From Candidatus Spongiisociaceae bacterium (GTDB lineage Bacteria; Actinomycetota; Acidimicrobiia; Spongiisociales; Spongiisociaceae), in assembly GCA_965262915.1 (NCBI GenBank), contig OZ253564.1, positions 1,165,597-1,229,596 of the forward strand: a stretch of 64,000 nt of DNA, written 5' to 3'. Numbering within the stretch: position 1 is the first letter of the stretch; each line of letters opens with the position of its first letter. The translations under genes and the position numbers were made by a program. Shown here piece after piece: positions 18,594-28,247 of the stretch. The notes below the pieces were generated by a model. That model did no database searches. It was not told where the DNA came from and saw only the letters and a program-made list of their open reading frames with translations.

Positions 18594-20084
18594 TCAGTAG
18601 CGGATATGACCCACTGACCTCCGCAGCAGCGGCAGGCCGATGAGCATCCCTATGCCGAAGAGAACGGCGGCTATCAACATCAGGTCACCGAAGGCGTCGC
18701 CGGAGGCGGACCGGATTACCGCTTCGACCTCTTCGGTCATGGCCGGATCGAAGTCCGCGAAGCGAACGCCGGAGGTGTCATAGTCCAGCGATTCCAGGGC
18801 GGCACGGGCGCGGAACTGCGTGGCGAAGGTGGCGAATGTCCCGAAGATCGCCACCGAGAACGACGCACCTACCTGCCGTACCGCACTGAGGGAGGCGGTA
18901 CCTGCCGACGCGAAGGTTGGCGGAACGCTGTTGACGATTGCGCTGCTCTCTATCGAGAAGTGCCACCCGAGGCCGAGACCGAAGAGGGCGAGCGGCGGGA
19001 GGATTGCCGCTGTGGAAGATGCCGAGGTGGCCACCAAGCCCAGCCAGGCCAAGGTGATGGCCATGAAGCCCATACCTGCCACTAGCGGTGCCCCGAACCC
19101 GAGGCGGTCACCCGCCGCCCCGGCCAGGTAAGGACTGAAGATCATCGGCACGAACACGATGGCGAGAATCACCGCTGCGGTCCACGGGCTCATGGAAAGC
19201 AGCGACTGGAGGTAGAGGGTGATGAGGAAGAACACCCCGGCGACCGCGGTGTTGACGCACACTCCGATTCGTAGCACGGTTCCGAAGGATGAATCGGTGA
19301 ACAGCGCCGGGTCGACCATCGGATGATCGGAGCGGCGCTCGACGAGAACGAATACCACGACTGCTAGCAGGCCGATCACCACGCTCAGCACCACGATCGG
19401 CGAGGTGACGCCTCGGCGGCCTGCCTCGACGAAGCCGAAAGCGAGGAAAAAGAGGGCAAGGGTCGAGGTAGCGATTCCCGGATAGTCGATATTGGCCCGC
19501 CGCCTCACCCCGTCGTCGGGGACGAACCTGACCATCCCGATCGCTCCTATGACGGTGAAGAAAGCGGTCACCCAGAAGATGGCCGGCCAGGCCAGGCGTT
19601 CGACCAGCCACCCGGCCATCAACGGGCCGGCGATCAGCGCTCCTGCCGAAAGGCTGATCCAGACTCCGACCGCCCGGCCCCGCTCGCGTTCGTCGAAGAC
19701 CACGCCGATCTGGGCAAGGGCGTTCGGGAACAGCAGCGCCATGCCGAAGCCCTGGATTGCTCTTGCACCGAGCAGCAGGCCGACCGTGGGGGTGAGAGCC
19801 GCGGCGATCGTCCCGGCCAGATAGAGCCAGTAGCCGACCAGCATCGTCCGGCGCCGCCCGTAGAGGTCCCCGAGCGAAGCGCTCAGCGGCAGCAACGTGG
19901 CATTCCCGAGCGCGAACATGACGGTTATCCACTGCAGGTCCGAGATCGACCCTCCGAGGGCCCGGCCCATCGTCGGCAGCGCGACGATAACCATCGTGCC
20001 GTCGAGGTTGGGGATCCCCAGCGCCGGGAAGAGGGCTACGAGTACCCACCATCGACGGCGGTCGGGTGGGGTAGGCGGTGACAC
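18594..20084 (-). CDS. MFS transporter (DHA2/EmrB-like)
   Basis: Multi-TM protein with LGDLYGRRR motif. Start placed at GTG 20084 (VSPPTPP...); the ORF-track TTG at 20144 is possible. Confidence 0.85.
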   Translation of the reverse strand: MSPPTPPDRRRWWVLVALFPALGIPNLDGTMVIVALPTMGRALGGSISDLQWITVMFALGNATLLPLSASLGDLYGRRRTMLVGYWLYLAGTIAAALTPTVGLLLGARAIQGFGMALLFPNALAQIGVVFDERERGRAVGVWISLSAGALIAGPLMAGWLVERLAWPAIFWVTAFFTVIGAIGMVRFVPDDGVRRRANIDYPGIATSTLALFFLAFGFVEAGRRGVTSPIVVLSVVIGLLAVVVFVLVERRSDHPMVDPALFTDSSFGTVLRIGVCVNTAVAGVFFLITLYLQSLLSMSPWTAAVILAIVFVPMIFSPYLAGAAGDRLGFGAPLVAGMGFMAITLAWLGLVATSASSTAAILPPLALFGLGLGWHFSIESSAIVNSVPPTFASAGTASLSAVRQVGASFSVAIFGTFATFATQFRARAALESLDYDTSGVRFADFDPAMTEEVEAVIRSASGDAFGDLMLIAAVLFGIGMLIGLPLLRRSVGHIRY

Positions 20085-20121
20085 CTTGGCACGATAGTAC
20101 CGATTCTCCCGCGCCGACGGG

Positions 20122-20288
20122 CTAGTGGTCTGTCTGCAAAACAACTTGCCGTGTTCTGGCAGCCATCGACGCTCCTCGCGGCGTTCCGTCTCCTCGATGT
20201 ACCGCTGCGGGTACGCCTTCGTCGGTGGGCCTTGCGAGGAACGCCGCTGCGGGCGGATACTACGCCGCCGTTTCGCAGACAGACCACC
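20122..20288. repeat. Inverted-repeat element, family C (arms CTAGTGGTCTGTCTGCAAAAC / GTTTCGCAGACAGACCAC)
   Basis: Arms at 20122-20142 and 20270-20288 in the divergent intergenic region between the MFS gene and the membrane-protein gene. Confidence 0.45.
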
Positions 20289-20350
20289 GGTGCTATCTTC
20301 CCGCAGGGCCTCCGTTGATCGACGCGGGCGGTAAACGGACTGGAGGGGAC

Positions 20351-21058
20351 GTGTTCGAGTCTTACGTACTGCTCAAGACGTTGCACGTCCTGCTCATAGC
20401 CACCTGGTTGGGGATGGACTTCGGAACCTTCATCTCCTACAGGCGAATGCGGGACGCTTCCCTCTCGATCGATACCCGCAAGCAGATGTACCGGATCTTC
20501 GCCTTCATCGACATGGGCCCCCGTTCCTCCCTGGTGCTGATGCTCACCCTCGGTGTGACCCTTACCTACATGGGCGGCTGGGGGTTCGCCGGTTCCGGAG
20601 GCCGGGCCTTCGCCATAGTGACGGCCATCGTCGGGGTCTTGTGGGTGGCGGCAATGTGGCATCAATACTGGGTCCACGAGGCTCCGCCAGGTGAGCCGCG
20701 GCCGGAACTGCATGTGAGGATCCAGAAGGTGTTCCGCCCTTTCGATATATGGCTCAGGGTGGGCCTGGCCGGAGGACTGGCCATCGCCGCCATCGTGTCC
20801 CTGGCCGGTGGGGAAGGACCGATCTACGCGAACTGGCTTGCCTGGAAGCTTATTCTGTTCGCCGGCATCGTGATGTCGGGCGTCGGCATCAGGATTTTCC
20901 TGCCGGCTGTCGTCACGGCGGTCGCCGACATATTCACCAAGGGTTCGACCCCTGAGCGAGAAGCGGCTCTGACGACCGGATCCCGCAAGACCGTCTGGTT
21001 CGTGTATGCGATCTGGGTACTGATCATCGCCATCTCGTGGATCGCGATCGCCGGGTAG
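20351..21058 (+). CDS. Integral membrane protein (paralog of 50687..51349)
   Basis: GTG 20351 after GGAGGGGA. VFESYVLLKTLHVLLIATWLGMDFGTF aligns with MTGYEVLLWVHVLLFVYWLGADIGVF. Confidence 0.6.
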   Translation: MFESYVLLKTLHVLLIATWLGMDFGTFISYRRMRDASLSIDTRKQMYRIFAFIDMGPRSSLVLMLTLGVTLTYMGGWGFAGSGGRAFAIVTAIVGVLWVAAMWHQYWVHEAPPGEPRPELHVRIQKVFRPFDIWLRVGLAGGLAIAAIVSLAGGEGPIYANWLAWKLILFAGIVMSGVGIRIFLPAVVTAVADIFTKGSTPEREAALTTGSRKTVWFVYAIWVLIIAISWIAIAG

Positions 21059-21127
21059 CCCACGGCGAGCGAGATCAAGGAACGCCTCGCCCGCGTTGTC
21101 GGAGTCTGGGAAGGCACCTACACCTCG

Positions 21128-21490
21128 GTGACTCCGATCGCCGATGTGGTCGAGCGGTACCAGAGCCGCCAGGAGACCAGGCTCGACGGCGAGGTTTGGC
21201 ACGAGCGCATCATCTACCTGCGCGACGGTCGGGAGCCAGAGGTCTACGACTTCGCCGGTAGATTCTACGACGGCATGCTCCTCTTCGAGGACGACGACAT
21301 CTCGGGTGACACCTACTTCGTCGGGGATGACATCCTCGTGCTGCCGTACACCTGGAAGTCCCGCCCGAACGAGAAGGTGGTGGAGACCGTGATCCTGGCC
21401 ACGCCGTCGCACAAGGCCCGGATCTGGCAGGTCTTCGACCGCGGGGAACTGATCCGGGTGATGATCATCAGCGAGCATCTAGTGTCCTGA
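21128..21490 (+). CDS. Hypothetical protein; 3' end displaced by the IS630 insertion
   Basis: The stop codon lies inside the IS left inverted repeat. Precise excision would give ...ISEHLADG-stop. Confidence 0.45.
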   Translation: MTPIADVVERYQSRQETRLDGEVWHERIIYLRDGREPEVYDFAGRFYDGMLLFEDDDISGDTYFVGDDILVLPYTWKSRPNEKVVETVILATPSHKARIWQVFDRGELIRVMIISEHLVS

Positions 21491-22651
21491 TTCCTTAGTT
21501 TCTTTGCCATATGCTGCTAGAATATGCAGGTCAGTAGCAGTCAGTAGTGGGAGCAGCGTATGGAGAAGCAGCGGGGTCGTAAAGCAGTGGTTATCGAGCT
21601 GGATGAAGAGGAACGCCAGACGCTCGAGCGGTGGATACGGCGGCGTAGCACCGCACAAGGGTTAGCGATGCGGTCTCGTATCGTGCTGGGAGCGGCCGAA
21701 GGCCGCACCAATGTGGACATCGCAGCGGAGGTGGGCTGCAGCGGGGTTACGGTCTCGAAGTGGCGGAACCGTTTCGCCCGGCGCCGTCTCGACGGCCTCT
21801 ACGACAATCCCCGCCCCGGGCCGCCCCGCCGCATCGACGACGCCAAGGTAGAAGAAGTGGTGGTCAAGACCCTCGAGGAAACACCGAGAGACGCGACGCA
21901 CTGGTCGACCCGGTCCATGGCGAGGGCCGTCGGCCTGTCCCAGTCGTCGATCCTAAGAATATGGCGGGCGTTCGGTCTCAAGCCGCACCGGACCGAGCAT
22001 TTCAAGATATCTCCCGACCCCCAGTTCGTGGAAAAGGTCCGCGACCTGGCGGGTTTGTACCTGAACCCGCCCGACGCGGCGGTGGTGCTGTGTGTGGACC
22101 ACAAATCCCAGATACAGGCCCTCGACCGCACCGCGCCGATCCTGCCCCTGTTGCCCGGAACCCCCCAGCGGCGCACCCACGACTACCGCCGGTACGGCAC
22201 CACCAACCTCCACGCCGCGCTCGACACGGCCACCGGCCGGGTCATCACCTCCATGACACGACGCAACCGCACCCAAGAATTCCAGACGTTCCTAAACCTC
22301 ATCAACCGCGAAGTCCCACCAGAACTCGACGTCCATGTCGTGTTGGACAACGCGTCGCCCCACAAAACAGAGCCCATAGGGCGCTGGCTGCAACGCCATC
22401 CACGGTTCACGTTCCATTTCACACCCACCTACGCGTCGTGGATGAACCTCGTCGAGCGATGGTTCTCCGAACTCACCACCAAACAGATACGCCGAGGCAC
22501 CCACCGATCCGTAGCCGAACTCACCGACGCCATCAACCAATGGACCCAACACTGGAACCAAAACCCCAAACCCTTCATCTGGCACAAAACCGCCGACCAA
22601 ATCTTCGACAACCTCACCAACTATCTACAACGAATCCCCGAATCAGGACAC
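21482..22651 (+). mobile_element. IS630-family insertion sequence (1170 bp) with TA target duplication
   Basis: Perfect 12-bp TIRs GTGTCCTGATTC (21482-21493) and GAATCAGGACAC (22640-22651), flanked by TA at 21480-81 and 22652-53. Confidence 0.9.
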
Positions 22652-22654
22652 TAG
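21560..22654 (+). CDS. IS630-family transposase (HTH plus DDE domain)
   Basis: 364 aa. N-terminal HTH regions and DDE-type core (VVLCVDHKSQ..., VLDNASPHK..., ASWMNLVERWF). The stop TAG uses the flanking TA. Confidence 0.92.
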   Translation: MEKQRGRKAVVIELDEEERQTLERWIRRRSTAQGLAMRSRIVLGAAEGRTNVDIAAEVGCSGVTVSKWRNRFARRRLDGLYDNPRPGPPRRIDDAKVEEVVVKTLEETPRDATHWSTRSMARAVGLSQSSILRIWRAFGLKPHRTEHFKISPDPQFVEKVRDLAGLYLNPPDAAVVLCVDHKSQIQALDRTAPILPLLPGTPQRRTHDYRRYGTTNLHAALDTATGRVITSMTRRNRTQEFQTFLNLINREVPPELDVHVVLDNASPHKTEPIGRWLQRHPRFTFHFTPTYASWMNLVERWFSELTTKQIRRGTHRSVAELTDAINQWTQHWNQNPKPFIWHKTADQIFDNLTNYLQRIPESGH

Positions 22655-22763
22655 CAGATGGGTGACCCGTGGTCCGTTTCTCCAGCACCTGGATGGGTCG
22701 GTCCAACTAGATACCGGCCACCAAACCAAGGTGAGCCTGGTCGACGGATCGGAGAATGGCTCA

Positions 22764-23309
22764 ATGTTTTCCGAGGTGAGGCTGGGAACGATATCGGTAG
22801 GGGATCTGGCCCGGTCCGAGCGTTTCTATCACGATGCCTTCGGGTACGTCGGCAAAGGGAATGGTGTGCTTCGCGCCGAGGACGACGACGGTCGGGTCGG
22901 GGAGGCCTGGATGATGCCGGCCGGCATGACCGCCGGGTACTCGGTTGTGGGCCCGGCCGAATGCGAGAGTTGCCTGCTCCGCATCGTGGAGTTCGACTCT
23001 CCGGGCGAGCTCATCTGGGGGGATGTGCCGGCCGGCAAGGTCATCGGCCTGTATGCCCTCAACATCCGGCTTCCCGATATCCACACCGGCTGGGAACGGA
23101 TCGTGGCCGCCGGCGGCACCGTCAAGTCTCCCCCTACCCATTGGAACCTCAGTGACGGCTCCGCCTGGGACTCCCAGATCTACGACCCGGACGGAGTCTT
23201 GATCGACGCCTGGAGCGTGGAGGGCGAGATCGCCGATCGGTCTGCCGACGTGGGGCGCCGACGGGGTTCGCTCCCGGGCCGGAGACGCCCCTCCTGTGTT
23301 CAGGGGTAA
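22764..23309 (+). CDS. VOC (glyoxalase/bleomycin resistance/extradiol dioxygenase) family protein
   Basis: MFSEVRLGTISVGDLARSERFYHDAFGY is a typical VOC start. The C-terminal tail after ...DAWSVEG looks like junction sequence. Confidence 0.6.
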   Translation: MFSEVRLGTISVGDLARSERFYHDAFGYVGKGNGVLRAEDDDGRVGEAWMMPAGMTAGYSVVGPAECESCLLRIVEFDSPGELIWGDVPAGKVIGLYALNIRLPDIHTGWERIVAAGGTVKSPPTHWNLSDGSAWDSQIYDPDGVLIDAWSVEGEIADRSADVGRRRGSLPGRRRPSCVQG

Positions 23310-23679
23310 CTCGCTCCAAGACCTGGCGGCGATGGCCGGGATCGACCCGGCCGGCCTGCTATCGACCGTTTCCGCCTACAACGCGGCGGTCGACGGTGCT
23401 CCTGACGAGCTGGGGCGGAAGCACCTGCCGCTGCCCATCGAGAACCCGCCGTTCTACGCGGTCGAGAACCACGCCACGACGTTGCGAACTCCGGGCGGGG
23501 TTGCCGTGGACGACCGGCTCCGGGTTCTCGATGCCGAGGGTCGACCCTTCGGGGGGCTCTATGCTGCGGGCGAGGTTCTGGGCAGCGCGGTGTTCAGCGG
23601 CGGCGGGGCGGCTGCCGGGATGAGCATCACTCCCGCTACGACGTTCGGCCGGTTACTCGGATCGAGCCTGGTCTCCTAG
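23296..23679 (+). pseudogene. C-terminal fragment of an FAD-dependent oxidoreductase (KstD/fumarate reductase flavoprotein-like)
   Basis: SLQDLAAMAGIDPAGLLSTVSAYNAAV...PPFYAVE...GGLYAAGEVLG is the C-terminal third of such enzymes. No upstream part is present. Confidence 0.6.
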
Positions 23680-23706
23680 AGGTTCCTCTGATCACAAGGA
23701 GTTGAG

Positions 23707-24555
23707 ATGTCTCGAAACGGCCGCCGTGCCATTGACGCAGACTCGCATGTGGGTCTTGCCCTGGATACCTGGGACCGGTTCCTCGATCCGGGATTGGCGG
23801 ACCATCCTGGCCGCCCGCGGTTCGAGGAGGCCGACGGGATCCGTCCGCGTACCGGGTGATGTCCGACGAGCACTTCTATCTCATCTACGAGGAAGCTGCC
23901 CGGCTCGATGTCCCGCTGTCGATCCACGCCTTCAGCGATCCCCACGTAGAAGGACATACCCACAACTGGCCTAGGAGGGTGGTGTGAAACCCCTTCACGG
24001 CCCGTCGACCGATGACATAATGCCTGTTCAGAGGAAGACGGGCCGTTGCTCCCCACCGTTTTAGACCACCCTCCTAGGGTGGGCTCGATGCTCTGGAGCG
24101 ACATCGTCGGGTTCCCGTTCCAAGGCATGCAGGTGTTCGTCAACCTGGTTCTCGGCGGGGTTTGCGACGTGTTCCCCGATACGAGATTCGGGATCTTCGA
24201 GTCGGGCCTGGGCTGGATGCCGATGATCATCGACCGGATCCACGAACGGCAGGAGAAGTTCGGTGACCTGGTCAGGATGGCCGCTCCCGACATGGAACTC
24301 CTCCCGGAGGAATACATCCAGCGCCAGATATGGATGGGCTTCGAACCCGAGGACCCGTTCCTGCCCGAGTTCATCGAGTGCACAAAGGCCCCCGAACGTA
24401 CCTTGCTCTCCATCGACTACCCCCACCTCGACTACGAGCCCGGCCAACTCGGTGGATTCCGCGCTCGTGGTGACGTGTCGGACGAGGACATCAGGCTGGC
24501 CGAGTGGGACAACTCGATCGAGTACTTCAGGTGGGAGGGGACCGCCGCCATCTAG
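23707..24555 (+). pseudogene. Amidohydrolase-2 family gene, disrupted by an internal deletion/frameshift and a MITE insertion
   Basis: MSRNGRRAIDADSHV start. Frame break at about 23857. MITE at 23971-24077. The C-terminal part (24078-24555) is in frame once the MITE and one TA are removed. Confidence 0.7.
23971..24077. mobile_element. MITE family A, copy 2, inserted inside a coding sequence
   Basis: 107 bp, nearly identical to 12571..12677. Removing 23974..24076 joins ...HTHNWP to RVGSMLWSDIV... in frame. Confidence 0.9.
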
Positions 24556-24666
24556 CCGCCTGGGTGAGCGCCGAGGAACCCCGCCATTGCCCCGCCGGTC
24601 GACGACGACGTCATTCCAGCGGACGGGGCCGACCGTTGTTGAAAAACGGGCGTACGATGGAGACCC

Positions 24667-25065
24667 ATGCCCAAGAACCGACGAGACAACCGCCCTTCCG
24701 ACCCGTGGCCCACGCTTGAAGACGCCATACGCGAGGCCACCGTCGTGGCCCGTTACGCACGTGCTTTCTACGGGGCCGACCTCAAGGCTGTATGGCTGTA
24801 CGGATCGCGCGCCCGAGGGGACAACAGACCCGACTCGGATCTTGATGTGTTGCTGGTGCGCGACCCACCGAATGGTCTCGATCCTATCCACGTCCCGAGG
24901 GAGTGGGCGGACGAACCCTTCCGGGACATGCTAGAGGAGCACATGGACGGGTACTCGGAGATGTTCACACCGATACAGATCAAATCGGTACAGCCAGACC
25001 AACTGGAAACCTGGGACACCATGTTCTTCCGCAGCGTCCGAGAAGACGGGATACGGATCGTATGA
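24667..25065 (+). CDS. Nucleotidyltransferase-domain antitoxin (MNT-like)
   Basis: GSRARGDNRPDSDLDVLL is the minimal nucleotidyltransferase motif. ATGA overlap with the downstream HEPN gene. Confidence 0.8.
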   Translation: MPKNRRDNRPSDPWPTLEDAIREATVVARYARAFYGADLKAVWLYGSRARGDNRPDSDLDVLLVRDPPNGLDPIHVPREWADEPFRDMLEEHMDGYSEMFTPIQIKSVQPDQLETWDTMFFRSVREDGIRIV

Positions 25066-25481
25066 CCTATCTGGATGAAGCGTGGGGCTGGCTGGAGTAT
25101 TCAGCCGATATGCTACAGGCTGCCAAAGATAACTTTAGCGTACAACAATACAGCGTGACTGTATCCCTCTCCTATTTCGCAACCTTCTATGCGGCCAAGA
25201 GCGTCATAGCCCTCTCGCGGGAGCGAGATCCCAAGACACACACCGGCGTCATTGGTCGATTCGGTGAGTTGGCCGTTCGGGATTCGGACTTTCCACGCGA
25301 GGTCGCTAGACATCTCTCCCGGCTGTCCACCCTGCGAAACAATACGGATTACGACTTCTCCTACAGAGATACCTGGAAAGCAGACAATACGGCGGAAGAA
25401 CTTGAACGAGCTCGAGCCTTCGTAGAGGAAGTACACAACTGGATCAATCGGCACTTCGAGGGCGACGGGCTAGCTGGCTAG
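25062..25481 (+). CDS. HEPN-domain toxin (HepT-like)
   Basis: 139 aa helical protein with LRNNTDYD (HEPN R-x-x-x-D-Y type motif). Lower GC than surroundings. Confidence 0.75.
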   Translation: MTYLDEAWGWLEYSADMLQAAKDNFSVQQYSVTVSLSYFATFYAAKSVIALSRERDPKTHTGVIGRFGELAVRDSDFPREVARHLSRLSTLRNNTDYDFSYRDTWKADNTAEELERARAFVEEVHNWINRHFEGDGLAG

Positions 25482-25624
25482 TCGTCACCGGCAGATAGCT
25501 TTCGCCATCCAGTCACGGGTACCGGGTGGGCCGCCGACCACGGGCTAATCCCGAGGATCGGCGGCTCTAGGATAGTGGAGGCCCGGGCCGGGCCCGCTAG
25601 GCGAAGCTCCACTCCTGCTGGCGG

Positions 25625-25855
25625 ATGTGGTTCACCCGCAGCAGGCCCTGGTCGATGCCCGCATGGTTGATCCGGCTGGACATGTACCTGTTCTGGCCCT
25701 GGTACAACCACACCGCCGGAGGCGCCAACATCCGGCCGTTGCCCGAGGTACAGGCTCTCAAGCAATGGGCCGACGACCTGCTGGCAAGCGGGCGAAGCTG
25801 GCGCGTTGCGTACCGGGCGGCCTTCGAATACCCCACCAGGGACCGGCTGCCGTGA
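25625..25855 (+). pseudogene. Fragment of an alpha/beta hydrolase paralog
   Basis: AWLIRLDMYLFWPWYNHT...WRVAYRAAFEYP aligns with RAWAIRRDMLLFWPWYRRT...WQLYHASFRYEP of 36164..37731. No catalytic N-terminal part is present. Confidence 0.45.
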
Positions 25856-26042
25856 CTGACCCGACCCACCCTGCCGGCCACATCGGCAGTCGATCCGCTC
25901 CGGGTCTATTCCGGGGAGACGGCACGGATCAGCGATGTCATCACGGTGGCCGAATCGGAAGGCTACGTTACGCCGGAAGCCTCCCGCAGAACGGCCGAGC
26001 TGTACAGGGCCTTCTCCGATCGTCAAGACGGATAGGAGCACG

Positions 26043-27033
26043 ATGTCTGAACCCGGAACCGCTCTCGGAGTCTCCATATGCGGGGTCGAGAACCTGGAGC
26101 ACGCGCTGGGGTACTACCGCGACCTGGTCGGCTTGGATGTCGTTGATCGGGAGCCCTGGTCCGGGAAGCAGTTCGAGGATCACTGGCACCTGCCTGCGGG
26201 GAGTTCAGCCCGGACCGCCCTGCTTGGCTTCGGTGACAGCCCCGTGGGTCGGGTGCTGCTGCTCGAGTTCGACGCTTCCCACCGCCTTCGGGTGCGACCG
26301 CACAGCGAGCGGGCCTTCTACGGGCTGTTCAACCTCAACTTCTACTGCTATGACATCCCGGCAGCGGTCGTGGAACTGAAGGAACGTGGGTACAACGTGT
26401 GGAGCGAGCCTCACCTACGACGTCTCCGCCCAGGCCGGCCAGCCCACCGAGGTCCTGAACGACGGACCCGACTGTGTGATCATCAACCTGGTGCAGCCCG
26501 CCGGGGGAGGAGGCACCGCGGTTGGTGAGATGAAGGCCTACCTCGACACGCACGGTGTCACCTCCCGCGGCTTCACCGAGGTGGCGACCTCGTCGCACAG
26601 AGTCAAGGAACGCGAGGCGGCTCTCGCGTTCCATCGAGGGGTGTTGGGCCAGGAGGTGTTCATCGACGCCACCTTGGGGTCGGAGACCAGCAACCAGCTG
26701 TGGGGCCTGCCCGACGAGGCCCGCACCAGGGCAACCTTCATGAGGGACGCCCATCCGTTCGGCAAGGTCGTGTTGAGCCAACCTCTCAACTACCGGCCCC
26801 CGGACTTCGTCCCCCGAGCGGTGGCCCCCAACATCGGCTACCTGGCGATGGTGTTCCCTGTCTCCGATCTCGCCGCTGCACTGGACGCGGCCGATCTGGA
26901 ACCCGATGGAGTCATCAACCCTCCGACCGATCTGATCATCCCAGGAGTCGGGAGCCGGACCGTGGCCGTCATTTGCGCCCCCGGAAGCGGCGCCCGCTAC
27001 GAACTCATGGAGGATGACGTTCCTCGACCCTAG
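26043..27033 (+). pseudogene. Two-module VOC family protein with a frameshift near 26412
   Basis: The N-terminal part ends ...KERGYNVWSEP. Continuation (L)TYDVSAQAGQPTEV... is in another frame (ORF 26386..27033). The paralog 52069 reads RFWSRPTTYEMSEAVGSPTEV uninterrupted. Confidence 0.6.
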
Positions 27034-27112
27034 ATGACGTTCCTCGATCCTATAGGTCCGCTCGGTAGTTACCCGGCTAGTTCATGGCTATGCGTATGCG
27101 GACCTACCCCTG

Positions 27113-27233
27113 GGAGGGTGCTGAAAAACATAGGAGCATCCCCGGACAAGGGGGTTCGCTCGGTAGCGCACAACTCTCTTACTAGGTGGTTTGCCACTAG
27201 CGAACCCCGCAAGGTTCGTTCTTCGCACCCTCC
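27113..27233. mobile_element. MITE family B, copy 1 (121 bp, TIR GGAGGGTGCTGAAAAAC)
   Basis: Terminal inverted repeats GGAGGGTGCTGAAAAAC / GTTCTTCGCACCCTCC. Internal inverted repeat GGGGTTCGCT/AGCGAACCCC. TA on the right flank. Confidence 0.6.
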
Positions 27234-27257
27234 TAGATCGCTACATGTACACAGGCT

Positions 27258-27548
27258 CTACGCGACTGTCGACAGACGTTCTACTTCAATGTGATGAGCG
27301 TTCCTTAGAGCCCGGGCGAGGTCGTAGGCTGCCTGGAGTCGGTACCACGTGTGGGCACCTCCACCGAATGCCTTGTCAAGCCGGATCGCCATCTCGGGCG
27401 AGATGCCCGAACGGCCATTGACCACATCCGATAGTTGTTTACGACTGACACCTAGCTTCTTCGCCGCTTCCGTCACGCTGAGCCCCAGCGGCTCCAAGCA
27501 GTCGTGACGGACGGAGAATCCAGGATGGGGCGGATCTTTCATCGGCAT
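27258..27548 (-). CDS. higA: HigA-family antitoxin (XRE-type HTH)
   Basis: [42 protein letters not shown] is the canonical HigA HTH. Lies directly downstream of higB. Confidence 0.85.
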   Translation of the reverse strand: MPMKDPPHPGFSVRHDCLEPLGLSVTEAAKKLGVSRKQLSDVVNGRSGISPEMAIRLDKAFGGGAHTWYRLQAAYDLARALRNAHHIEVERLSTVA

Positions 27549-27562
27549 TGTCGCGTCCTCCT

Positions 27563-27841
27563 TCAGTGGTAGTCGACCAAGTCCACTTCAGTCGCATGTC
27601 CCCCCTCGAACCGAAACACGATGCGCCAACCGCCGGACACGCTTACGGCCCAGTACCCGGCAAGGTCCCCTTTCAGCGGATGGAGGTGGAAGCCCGGCAG
27701 ATCCATGCTCCTGACAGCGGTTGCCTCATCGAGACGCGCCAAGATCCGCTCGATCTTGGCAACGTACGCTGGCGGTATGCGACGCCGATCCCCCTTTTCG
27801 TAGAGAAGCTTCAGGCCCTTGTGGCGGAATCGGATGATCAC
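27563..27841 (-). CDS. higB: HigB toxin (RelE/ParE superfamily, killer protein)
   Basis: [18 protein letters not shown]...[27 protein letters not shown] is a typical HigB. Confidence 0.85.
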   Translation of the reverse strand: MIIRFRHKGLKLLYEKGDRRRIPPAYVAKIERILARLDEATAVRSMDLPGFHLHPLKGDLAGYWAVSVSGGWRIVFRFEGGHATEVDLVDYH

Positions 27842-27856
27842 TCAGGTAGTGTAACC

Positions 27857-27875
27857 TGTCACCTCTCAGGTGACA
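27857..27875. promoter_or_regulatory. Palindromic candidate operator of the higBA promoter
   Basis: TGTCACCT-CTC-AGGTGACA, a perfect 8-bp inverted repeat 16 nt upstream of the higB start, next to a TACACT -10-like hexamer. Confidence 0.5.
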
Positions 27876-28247
27876 ATACTGTCGTTGTGACTCAGCCTGT
27901 CTACCGGAAGGGTTGGCGTGTGGCCTGTGGCGTGGATCCGCCCCAGCACAGCCCACACGTTCCGTATGGCCAACGGATCGCCATCTCGGTCGGGTAGCCT
28001 CACATCTGAACCCTGTATCCGAATTCCGTCCCGGCGCCTGCCCACCAGAGCATGGTCTTAGGGAGTCACGGACGGGGGCGGCTTTCGTTTCACATCAGGG
28101 CAGCTTCCCGGGCACCAGAGACATAGGGGGAATACTGGGGGCTCCCCGATCTGCCCCTTCAGTCGGGCAGAGGCGCTCAGCGAACTGTTGGTGGAGCTGG
28201 CAGCAGGCAGGGCAACGCGCAGGTACGTTTCCTCTCGCGGTTGATGC

